Source: Gammaproteobacteria bacterium (GTDB lineage: Bacteria; Pseudomonadota; Gammaproteobacteria; Natronospirales; DASSBR01). From it: 64,000 nucleotides of DNA. The notes under the pieces were generated by a model, which was not told the origin of the DNA, did not search any database, and worked only from the letters and a program-made list of their open reading frames with translations. Location: NCBI GenBank assembly GCA_035690945.1, contig DASSJY010000018.1, positions 48,590 through 112,589 of the forward strand, given 5' to 3'. This document shows positions 36,788 to 44,342 of the stretch, in pieces (position 1 is the stretch's first letter; each line of letters opens with the position of its first letter). The translations under genes were made by a program, and so were the position numbers.

Positions 36788-39292
36788 GTGGCGGCTATTT
36801 TCTGGGCCATTATTGTTGTCGGCGGCGCGATCATCCTCGCCTATCGGCGCGCCAGCCTGGTGACCGCGACAGCCTGGGCGGCGGCGGTCGTGATCGCTTA
36901 TACGTTCGTCGGCGATTCCGGCTGGCTCAAGCTCTTCTGGTGGGCGCTGCTGATTTGCGCGGCCGCGCTGTTCAACCTCGAAGAACTGCGCCGCCGCTGG
37001 CTGACGGAGCCGCTGTTCAATATTTTCCGCAAGGTCATGCCGGAGGTATCAGAAACCGAACGCGCCGCGCTCGAATCCGGCAGCGTCTGGTGGGACGGCG
37101 AGCTGTTCAGCGGCAGGCCGGACTGGGACCGGCTGCTGTCGATGCCGGTGCCGGCGGTCAGCGTCGATGAACAGGCATTTCTCGATGGGCCGACCGAAGA
37201 ACTGTGCGCGATGCTCGACGAGTGGCAGATCACGCACGAGTTGGGCGACCTGCCGCCGGAAGTCTGGACGTTCCTCAAGACGCGTGGATTCTTTTCGATG
37301 ATCATCGCGAAACAGTACGGGGGCCTGGATTTTTCGGCCGTCGCCGTGTCGCAGGTGCTCACCAGGATCGCCACCCGCAGCCCGACGGCGGCGTCGATTG
37401 TGTCGGTACCGAATTCGCTGGGCCCGGCCGAACTGCTGTTGCGCTACGGCACCGAGGAACAGAAGGACCATTACCTGCCGGCGCTGGCGAAGGGCGAAGC
37501 GGTGCCCTGCTTTGCGCTCACCGCGCCGACTGCCGGCTCCGATGCCGGCGCGATCGAGGACACCGGCATCGTCTGTCGCGGCCAGTGGCGTGGCGAAGAA
37601 GTTCTCGGCATGCGGCTCAACTGGAACAAGCGCTACATTACGCTTGCGCCGATCGCCACCATCCTCGGCCTCGCCTTCAAGCTGTACGACCCGGACCACC
37701 TGATCGGCGACAAAGACGCGTATGGCATCACCTGCGCGCTGATTCCGCCCGACCTGCCGGGCGTCACCATCGGCCGGCGCCATTTCCCGCTCAACATTCC
37801 GTTCCAGAACGGCCCGACTGAAGGCCATAACGTGTTCGTGCCGCTCGATGCGATCATCGGCGGTCCGAAGATGGCCGGCCACGGCTGGCGGATGCTGACC
37901 GAGTGCCTGGCGGCGGGTCGTTCGATTTCGCTGCCGTCGAGCGCGACCGGCAGCGCCAAGCTGGCCGTCTTCGCGAGCGGCGCGTACGCCCGCATCCGCA
38001 AGCAGTTCCATTTGCCGATCGCAAAGTTCGGCGGCATCGAGGAAGTGCTCGGCCGCATGGGCGGCACACTGTACGCGATGGAATCGGTGCGGCTGATGAC
38101 CGCGGGCGGCAACGATCTGGGCGAGACGCCGGCGGTACCGTCGGCGATCTCCAAGTACCACGTCACCGAAATGGGCCGCCAGGTCGTCAACGACGCAATG
38201 GACGTGCATGGCGGCAAGGGCATTCAGCTCGGGCCGCGCAATTACCTCGCTCGCCCGTACGAAGCGCTTCCCATCGCGATCACAGTCGAAGGCGCGAACA
38301 TCCTGACGCGCAGCATGATCATCTTCGGCCAGGGCGCGATTCGCAGCCACCCTTACGTGCTCAAGGAAATGGAAGCAGTGGCGGACGACGATCGCGAGCG
38401 CGGCATCGAACGCTTCGACGAAGCCTTCACCGGCCACGCCGGCTTCACACTCAGCAACGCCGCGCGGGCGCTGTGGATGGGCCTGACGCACGCACGCTTC
38501 ACCGGCACGCCCGGCGACGCCGGCACGCGCCGCTATTTCCAGCAGCTCAATCGCTACAGCGCCGCCTTCGCGCTGGCCGCCGACGTGACGATGTCGATGC
38601 TCGGCGGCGGCCTGAAGAAGCGCGAGAAAATTTCGGCACGGCTGGGCGATGTGCTGAGTTATCTGTATATCGCCTCGGCGGTACTCAAACGCTACGAGGA
38701 CCAGGGCCGCCAGCGCGAGGACCTGCCGCTGGTCGAATGGGCCTGCCGCGACGCGCTGTACAAACTGCAGGAGCAGATTCACGGCCTGTTACGCAACTTC
38801 CCCAACCGCTGGGGCGCATTGTTGCTCAGGGTGCTGATCTTCCCGACCGGGCGGACGTTCTCCGCGCCCAGCGACGCCCTCACCGCCGACGTTGCGCAAT
38901 TGATGACGCATCCCGGTCCGGCGCGCGACCGGCTGACCGAGGGCGTCTACGACCGCGACCGCAAGAGCCCGATCGGGTTGATGAATGAAGCACTGACGCT
39001 TGCGGTGCAGGCCGAACCGCTGGAGAAGCGGCTGCATGAAGCCGTGCGCGACGGCAAGCTCCCCCGCGGCGGCGGGCGCGTGCACCTCGATCAGGCGGAA
39101 GCGGCCGGCGTGATCGATGCCGACGAATCCGCGCTGCTCAAGCGGCTGGAAGAACTGACTGCGGCGATCGTCGCGGTCGACGATTTCGCGCCGGATGAAA
39201 TCGGCCGCCGGCCGGTCGTGAAGCGCGCGCGTGTGAAAGCCGCGGCGGCCGAAACAGGTGCCGGCCTCCCCGATGGCGACGACGACGCCTGA
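36788..39292 (+). CDS. fadE: Large acyl-CoA dehydrogenase (FadE type)
   Basis: 834 aa, GTG start after GGAGA. N-terminal TM segments, 'CFALTAPTAGSDAG' and 'TVEGANILTRSMIIFGQGA' as in E. coli FadE. Confidence 0.9.
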   Translation: MAAIFWAIIVVGGAIILAYRRASLVTATAWAAAVVIAYTFVGDSGWLKLFWWALLICAAALFNLEELRRRWLTEPLFNIFRKVMPEVSETERAALESGSVWWDGELFSGRPDWDRLLSMPVPAVSVDEQAFLDGPTEELCAMLDEWQITHELGDLPPEVWTFLKTRGFFSMIIAKQYGGLDFSAVAVSQVLTRIATRSPTAASIVSVPNSLGPAELLLRYGTEEQKDHYLPALAKGEAVPCFALTAPTAGSDAGAIEDTGIVCRGQWRGEEVLGMRLNWNKRYITLAPIATILGLAFKLYDPDHLIGDKDAYGITCALIPPDLPGVTIGRRHFPLNIPFQNGPTEGHNVFVPLDAIIGGPKMAGHGWRMLTECLAAGRSISLPSSATGSAKLAVFASGAYARIRKQFHLPIAKFGGIEEVLGRMGGTLYAMESVRLMTAGGNDLGETPAVPSAISKYHVTEMGRQVVNDAMDVHGGKGIQLGPRNYLARPYEALPIAITVEGANILTRSMIIFGQGAIRSHPYVLKEMEAVADDDRERGIERFDEAFTGHAGFTLSNAARALWMGLTHARFTGTPGDAGTRRYFQQLNRYSAAFALAADVTMSMLGGGLKKREKISARLGDVLSYLYIASAVLKRYEDQGRQREDLPLVEWACRDALYKLQEQIHGLLRNFPNRWGALLLRVLIFPTGRTFSAPSDALTADVAQLMTHPGPARDRLTEGVYDRDRKSPIGLMNEALTLAVQAEPLEKRLHEAVRDGKLPRGGGRVHLDQAEAAGVIDADESALLKRLEELTAAIVAVDDFAPDEIGRRPVVKRARVKAAAAETGAGLPDGDDDA

Positions 39293-39297
39293 CCCGA

Positions 39298-40506
39298 ATG
39301 GCGACAGCGATGAGTGCGGCCAGCGGTGCGGTGGCGACGATAGCGCCGGTCATCTATGAAGTCACACTGACGGCCGACGCTGCAATCGCGGCCGACTTCG
39401 ACGCATGGCTCGCGCGGCACGTCGAAGACATGGTGCATCTGCCCGGCTTTCTGGATGCCGATATCGAGCGCGCCGATCCGCCTGACGCCACGCACGTGAT
39501 GCGCGTGGCGCGCTACCGCGTCGAGAGCCGCGCTGCGCTCGAGCATTATTTCGCCGAATACGCCGCCGGAATGCGCGCCGCCGGCATCGACCGCTTCGGC
39601 GACCGCTTCAGCGCTGCGCGCCGGGTTCTCGAACCGGCAGGCGACGATCCGTCGCCCGGCACTGCCATCCAGTTCTGCGGCAACTGCGAGACCCCGCTTC
39701 GCGGACGCTATTGCCCCGTCTGCGGCCAGGACTCGTATCACCGCGTTACTTCAATCCGCGAACTGCTGACCGACTTCTTCGGCGAGTTTCTCAACCTGGA
39801 TTCGCGCCTCGCCCGCAGCCTTCCGCCGCTGATCGGCCGACCGGGTGTGCTGACAAAGGAATATCTGGCAGGGCGGCGCGCACGCTACATCCCGCCGCTC
39901 AAGCTGTACCTGTTCATCAGCGTGGCATTTTTCTTTCTGCTGTCGCTCGCATCGTTGCGGCCGGAGTGGCTCAACATACACGTAGCGCAGGGCAATGACG
40001 CGCCGGTACATCTGTCGGTCGATGAACAGAACGGGGAGTTGGCCAAGCAACCCGGATGGGTCCAGGAGCTGGTGCGAAAGGGCATGGACGCAAAAAACAA
40101 TCCGCGCGCCTTCGTCTCGACGATGATCGGCAAGCTGCCGACGATGATGTTCCTGCTGCTGCCGCTGTTCGCGTTCTTTCTGAAGTTGCTCTACATCCGC
40201 CGCAAGCGCTACTACGTCGAACATCTGATCTTCAGCCTGCACTACCACGCAGTCGTTTTTATGGCTGCGTTCATATTCCTGGTCGCCTACGCGTTCGCCG
40301 ATCGGTTCGGCATCGCAGCAGTGACCGGCAATGCAGGGTTGGTGTTGTGGATTTATCTGACGCTGTACCTGATCCTCGCGATGCGCAAAGTCTATGCGCA
40401 AGGCTGGATAAAGACCTTCTTCAAATGGTGCGTGCTCGCCTTCTTCTACGGCTTGTCGCTGTCCCTCGTGCTGGCGGGCACCGTAGTGTGGGCGGCGATG
40501 ACCTAG
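39298..40506 (+). CDS. DUF3667-type zinc-ribbon membrane protein fused to an N-terminal DUF4286-like domain
   Basis: 'CGNCETPLRGRYCPVCGQ' zinc ribbon followed by 'LLTDFFGEFLNLDSRLARSLPPLIGRPGVLTKEYLAGRRARYIPPLKLY' (DUF3667 pattern) and 4-5 TM spans. The first ~110 aa look like a separate alpha/beta domain. Confidence 0.6.
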   Translation: MATAMSAASGAVATIAPVIYEVTLTADAAIAADFDAWLARHVEDMVHLPGFLDADIERADPPDATHVMRVARYRVESRAALEHYFAEYAAGMRAAGIDRFGDRFSAARRVLEPAGDDPSPGTAIQFCGNCETPLRGRYCPVCGQDSYHRVTSIRELLTDFFGEFLNLDSRLARSLPPLIGRPGVLTKEYLAGRRARYIPPLKLYLFISVAFFFLLSLASLRPEWLNIHVAQGNDAPVHLSVDEQNGELAKQPGWVQELVRKGMDAKNNPRAFVSTMIGKLPTMMFLLLPLFAFFLKLLYIRRKRYYVEHLIFSLHYHAVVFMAAFIFLVAYAFADRFGIAAVTGNAGLVLWIYLTLYLILAMRKVYAQGWIKTFFKWCVLAFFYGLSLSLVLAGTVVWAAMT

Positions 40507-40525
40507 CCGGGTTTCCGGAAACCTG

Positions 40526-41782
40526 CTACTGCGGCTGCATCGGCTCAACCGCCGACTCCTCTTCCTCGGCACGCGGATCGAGCTGCGCGATAACCGTCGA
40601 TGTGCGCGGCATCGCGACGAACGGCGCCTGCTCTTCCGGCGCGACCGGCTTGCGCCGCGGCACGACGAGCGCCGCCACGCCGAGCGCCGCCGAAATCACG
40701 GCGACGAACAGAAAGAGGCCCGCCGGCCCGGTAATAGCCGACACCGCCGCCGCGCCCATCGGCCCCAGCGCCGCGCCGACGCCGTAGGACAGAATCAGCG
40801 CCGCGCTCGCCGGCACCAGTTCGCTCGCGTCGATGTGGTCGTTGGCGTGCGCGACCGACACCGGATAGGTCGTGAACGTCAGGCCGCCGAAGATGGCGGC
40901 GAACAACAGCAGCAGGATCATGGAGCTGCCGCCGACAGCCAGAATCGCCCAGCTCGCCGCCGCGACAGCCAGGCTCAACACGCCGATGACCCGCTGCCGG
41001 TCGAACCGATCCGATACCATGCCGACCGGCCACTGCAGCGCGAGACCGCTCAGGATGGTCACGCCCATGAAGATCGCAACCTGCACCACCGCGAGCCCCT
41101 CGCGCACCGCGAAGGCCGGCCCGAGCGCATAAAACGCGCCGTTGGCAAGGCCCGCGCCGATGCAACCCCAGATGCCGAATGGCGCTCGTTTGAACAGCTT
41201 GCCCACGCGGATGCGTACGTTCTCGACCGGCTGCGGATGCACGGCACGCGTCAGCGTTACCGGAATCAGGCTGAACGCGAACAGGATCGCCACCACGAGA
41301 AACAGCGTCGCCCCGGAATGTTCGGCGGCACTGAGCAGGAACTGCCCGGTGCCGAGGCCGAGAAAGGTGGTTGCCATGTAGACCGAAAACACCCGGCCGC
41401 GAATGCTGCTCTGCGCGCGTTCGTTGAGCCAGCTTTCGATCACCATGTAAAGGCCCATCATGGCGATGCCGGTACCCAGCCTGAGCAGCCCCCAGGCAAG
41501 CGCCGACAAATACAGCGAATGCAGCAGCACGATGATCGTATTCGCCGCGGCGAACGCGGCGAAGGCGCGAATGTGGCCCACCCGGCGCACGATGCCCGGC
41601 GCGATGAACGAGCCGAACACCAGGCCTGCATAGTAGCCGGACATCACCAAGCCGGTGATGCCGCCGCCGTAGCCTGCGAGCGTCAGACGCAGGCTGATCA
41701 GCGAGCCCAGCAGCCCGCTGCCCAGCATCAGCGCGAGTACGGCGAGAAACAGGGCGCTTAATGACCAGAGGGTGCTTCGCAT
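40526..41782 (-). CDS. MFS transporter
   Basis: Start set at ATG 41782 (MRSTLWSLSALFLAVL). 12 predicted TM spans. 'GIVRRVGHIRAF' resembles MFS motif A. Confidence 0.8.
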   Translation of the reverse strand: MRSTLWSLSALFLAVLALMLGSGLLGSLISLRLTLAGYGGGITGLVMSGYYAGLVFGSFIAPGIVRRVGHIRAFAAFAAANTIIVLLHSLYLSALAWGLLRLGTGIAMMGLYMVIESWLNERAQSSIRGRVFSVYMATTFLGLGTGQFLLSAAEHSGATLFLVVAILFAFSLIPVTLTRAVHPQPVENVRIRVGKLFKRAPFGIWGCIGAGLANGAFYALGPAFAVREGLAVVQVAIFMGVTILSGLALQWPVGMVSDRFDRQRVIGVLSLAVAAASWAILAVGGSSMILLLLFAAIFGGLTFTTYPVSVAHANDHIDASELVPASAALILSYGVGAALGPMGAAAVSAITGPAGLFLFVAVISAALGVAALVVPRRKPVAPEEQAPFVAMPRTSTVIAQLDPRAEEEESAVEPMQPQ

Positions 41783-41847
41783 GGCGCAGCGATGATGCGG
41801 AAAAACGGACGCGAAGTATAACATTGGGCACACCGCTCATCGGGCGT

Positions 41848-41878
41848 TTGACGCCGCTCATCTTGATGTGCTAAAAAT
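41848..41878 (+). promoter_or_regulatory. Putative sigma70-type promoter of the RiPP-like cassette
   Basis: TTGACG (41848-41853), then an 18-nt spacer, then TAAAAA/AAAAAT (41872-41878), about 45 nt upstream of ATG 41924. Confidence 0.35.
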
Positions 41879-41923
41879 CGCTTCAATGTGTCGAATTAGA
41901 ACTAGAAGGGCGGCTAAACAGGG

Positions 41924-42184
41924 ATGAACGGCTTGCTCGGATATTACGAAGGCGTCTTGGCGCTACTCGACGATCGCATCCGCGGCGGCGATGCCGCTTC
42001 CGCTGAAACTACCCCACCCGCCACTGAAACCGCATCGGACGAAACCGATCTCGCCAAACTGATCGCGGCTTCCGTTGAACAGGTCGCCGACAGTGCCACG
42101 CCCGAGGAGCTTCGGGCGATGCGCCTGGACATCTGCACGCAGGCACTGGGCGAAGTGGCACGCATCATGAGAGAGCCGCGATGA
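41924..42184 (+). CDS. Hypothetical acidic 86-aa protein, translationally coupled to the radical SAM gene
   Basis: G/C-biased third positions. Its stop overlaps the rSAM start (ATGA at 42181-42184). 'MNGLLGYYEGVLALLDDRIRGG' is followed by a T/P/A/E/D-rich stretch. Confidence 0.55.
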   Translation: MNGLLGYYEGVLALLDDRIRGGDAASAETTPPATETASDETDLAKLIAASVEQVADSATPEELRAMRLDICTQALGEVARIMREPR

Positions 42185-44103
42185 AGCTGAAGCCGCTGCG
42201 CCCGGACGCGTCGTTTGGCCTTGTCGCCATGCCCTGGTTCTGGTCGACCATGCCATCCATTCAGATCGGCATCGTCCGCCAGTTGCTCGCGGACTTCGGC
42301 ACCACGCGGGCACATGAGTTTTACGTGGACCTGGCCGATCAGGTCGGCTTCGATCTCTATGAAGTGCTTGCCATGGATTCGGGCTTCGTTGCCGAACGGT
42401 TGTTTTCGCTGCTGTATTACGCCGAGGGGCTGGAGCACGATCAGGCGAAGACACCGTTCCTGGGCGTGCAATCGAAGGAAGTCGAAGATGCGCTGTTTAC
42501 CTTCCTGCCGCCGATCATCGACGACCTGATGGAAAAATGGATCGAGGAACTGAGCACGCAAAACTACGATGCCGTGTTCTTCAGCCTGACGATCAACCAG
42601 AACGCCGCATCGATGCTGATGGCGAAGCGGCTCAAGGAAAGACGGCCCGACTTGCCAATCATCTTCGGAGGTTCAAGTTGCGCAGGCCCGATGGGTCGAG
42701 CGCTCGCGGCAGTATGCCCGGAAGCCGACGTCGTCGTGCATGGCGAGGCTGAAGTGACACTGCCGCACCTGATGAAAGCGTTGCAGCAACCTGAGCCCGA
42801 TCTGAGCCTGATTCCGGCAATCAGTTGGCGCGACGGCGACGAAATTCGCACCAATCCGCGCCCACCGCTGCACAATCTGCAAGCGCCACGCAATTCGCTC
42901 TATTTTGGCGACTACTTCAAGCGAGTCGAAGCCGCGAAGAATCTGGATTTAAACGATGTCTGGATTCCATTTGAAAGTAGTCGCGGCTGCTGGTACGGCA
43001 CATACAATCAGTGCACGTTCTGCGGCCTGAATGAAATCATCACCTACCGGGAACGAAATAACGATGCACTGGTGGATGAACTCGCGTCCTACCAGGAACA
43101 ATACGACAGCACGCAGTTCTTCTGCGTCGACCTGATCATGCCGATGCACTTCTTCAAGGACGTGCTGCCGCGGCTCCAACAGGAAGGGAAGGACTGGTCG
43201 ATTTTCTACGAGATCAAGGCCAACCTGAAGCGCGAGCAAATCGCCCAGCTGGCGAAAAGCGGTATTCGGAGAATCCAGCCCGGCATCGAAAGTCTGCATG
43301 ACGACGTCCTCAAGCTGATGAAAAAGGGTGTGTCCGCCCTGCAGAATATCCAAACGCTGAAATGGGGCAAGCAATACGGTATCGACGTCGGCTGGAACAT
43401 CATCACCGGGTTCCCCGGCGAAACGGCGGCCGTATACGAGGACATGGCTGCGCTGATTCCGAAACTGCACCACCTCCAGCCTCCAGTTGACTGCGGCGAC
43501 TTTCAGGTACACCGGTTCAGTCCGTGCTTTACGAAGCCCGCCGAACATGGCATTCGTGTATTGGGCTCGGACCGACGCTATCGATTTGTCTATCCGGTCG
43601 ACGACGTCTTGCTGGACGACCTAGTGTACCGGTTCGAGTACGAGCTGTTGCCGGAGTTTCCTTCGACCAACGGCATGAAAGCGCCGCTTCATACCGCTTT
43701 CCACAGCTGGCAAGAGGCCGTCCGCAGGGGTGCGGCGTTCGAAATGATCGAACACGCCGACGGTTCTTTTGAATTGATTGATTCACGTGCCTCGGAAACG
43801 CCAATACGAACTCATCTTCGGCCGGAAGAAGCAAGCTTATTGGTGTTTCTCGACAATCAGAGAAGCGCCGAAAATATCCCGGATCAATTTGAACGATATG
43901 ACACGAAGTCATTCGCCGCTTTGGGTGGGAGACAAGGCATTCAAGAGCTGATTACGCAATGGGAAAACAAAAATTTCCTGGTGCGTATCGGATCCAGAGT
44001 GGCAGCATTGCCCACCTGGAAGGCGCATGAGCAACAGACTCATGCACACCATGTAAAAAACGGAGGTACCAACGATGAACGCAGTTATGCACAAGCGAGC
44101 TGA
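42181..44103 (+). CDS. B12-binding-domain radical SAM enzyme, RiPP-maturase type (TIGR03975-like), with a C-terminal PqqD/RRE-like region
   Basis: 'FGLVAMPWFWSTMPSIQIGIVRQLL' N-terminus. 'DAVFFSLT...LPIIFGGSSC' Rossmann segment. 'ESSRGCWYGTYNQCTFCGLNE' (Cys270-x7-Cys278-x2-Cys281, nt 42988-43023). C-terminal 'LRPEEASLLVFLDNQRSAENIPDQF...ELITQWENKNFLVRIG'. Confidence 0.75.
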   Translation: MKLKPLRPDASFGLVAMPWFWSTMPSIQIGIVRQLLADFGTTRAHEFYVDLADQVGFDLYEVLAMDSGFVAERLFSLLYYAEGLEHDQAKTPFLGVQSKEVEDALFTFLPPIIDDLMEKWIEELSTQNYDAVFFSLTINQNAASMLMAKRLKERRPDLPIIFGGSSCAGPMGRALAAVCPEADVVVHGEAEVTLPHLMKALQQPEPDLSLIPAISWRDGDEIRTNPRPPLHNLQAPRNSLYFGDYFKRVEAAKNLDLNDVWIPFESSRGCWYGTYNQCTFCGLNEIITYRERNNDALVDELASYQEQYDSTQFFCVDLIMPMHFFKDVLPRLQQEGKDWSIFYEIKANLKREQIAQLAKSGIRRIQPGIESLHDDVLKLMKKGVSALQNIQTLKWGKQYGIDVGWNIITGFPGETAAVYEDMAALIPKLHHLQPPVDCGDFQVHRFSPCFTKPAEHGIRVLGSDRRYRFVYPVDDVLLDDLVYRFEYELLPEFPSTNGMKAPLHTAFHSWQEAVRRGAAFEMIEHADGSFELIDSRASETPIRTHLRPEEASLLVFLDNQRSAENIPDQFERYDTKSFAALGGRQGIQELITQWENKNFLVRIGSRVAALPTWKAHEQQTHAHHVKNGGTNDERSYAQAS

Positions 44104-44272
44104 CGAATGGGTCGGCGAAGTAAGGCGGGATCCGGAACGCTATCAGCAGTTGCGGTCCGGCCTTAATGAAGCCAAAACTGGCCAAGAAAGGCTGAAGTTC
44201 CTGTCGACCTTTGCCGCACAGCAAAATGCGGCGCAGAATCATGTCGGCAAGCCGCCGACAATGATGTGGTAA
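44075..44272 (+). CDS. 65-aa candidate RiPP precursor peptide
   Basis: GGAGG (44062-44066) lies 8 nt before the ATG. It overlaps the rSAM 3' end by 29 nt. Charged helical N-terminal ~50 aa plus the Cys-free tail 'NAAQNHVGKPPTMMW'. It is followed by a 12-bp-stem hairpin. Confidence 0.5.
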   Translation: MNAVMHKRADEWVGEVRRDPERYQQLRSGLNEAKTGQERLKFLSTFAAQQNAAQNHVGKPPTMMW

Positions 44273-44286
44273 GAGTATCTTGAAAA

Positions 44287-44323
44287 TTCCGTCCGCGCTG
44301 AACTCGTTGAAGCGCGGACGGAA
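44287..44323. terminator. Strong hairpin between the convergent peptide ORF and GGDEF gene
   Basis: TTCCGTCCGCGC (44287-44298) pairs perfectly with GCGCGGACGGAA (44312-44323) across a 13-nt loop. A short T-run follows only on the minus strand (TTTTCAAG). Confidence 0.6.
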
Positions 44324-44342
44324 CCTTCCCGCTCTTCGACTT

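Noticed and set aside
37049-38782. A 577-aa minus-strand ORF. There are similar long antisense ORFs at 13088-14263, 17636-19144, 25091-26503, 27809-28816, 52753-54108, 54619-55953 and 58855-59988.
   Set aside because: Each overlaps a confidently identified gene on the other strand (fadE, trkA, kdpE/TtpC-like, kdpD-like, uvrD, gcdH, E1, TBDR). None has a recognisable motif. They are GC-rich antisense artefacts.
40545-41861. A 438-aa minus-strand ORF in an alternative frame of the MFS transporter gene.
   Set aside because: It is on the same strand as the MFS gene but gives an Arg/Gly/Ala-rich non-membrane translation. The 12-TM frame (40526-41782) is the coherent one.
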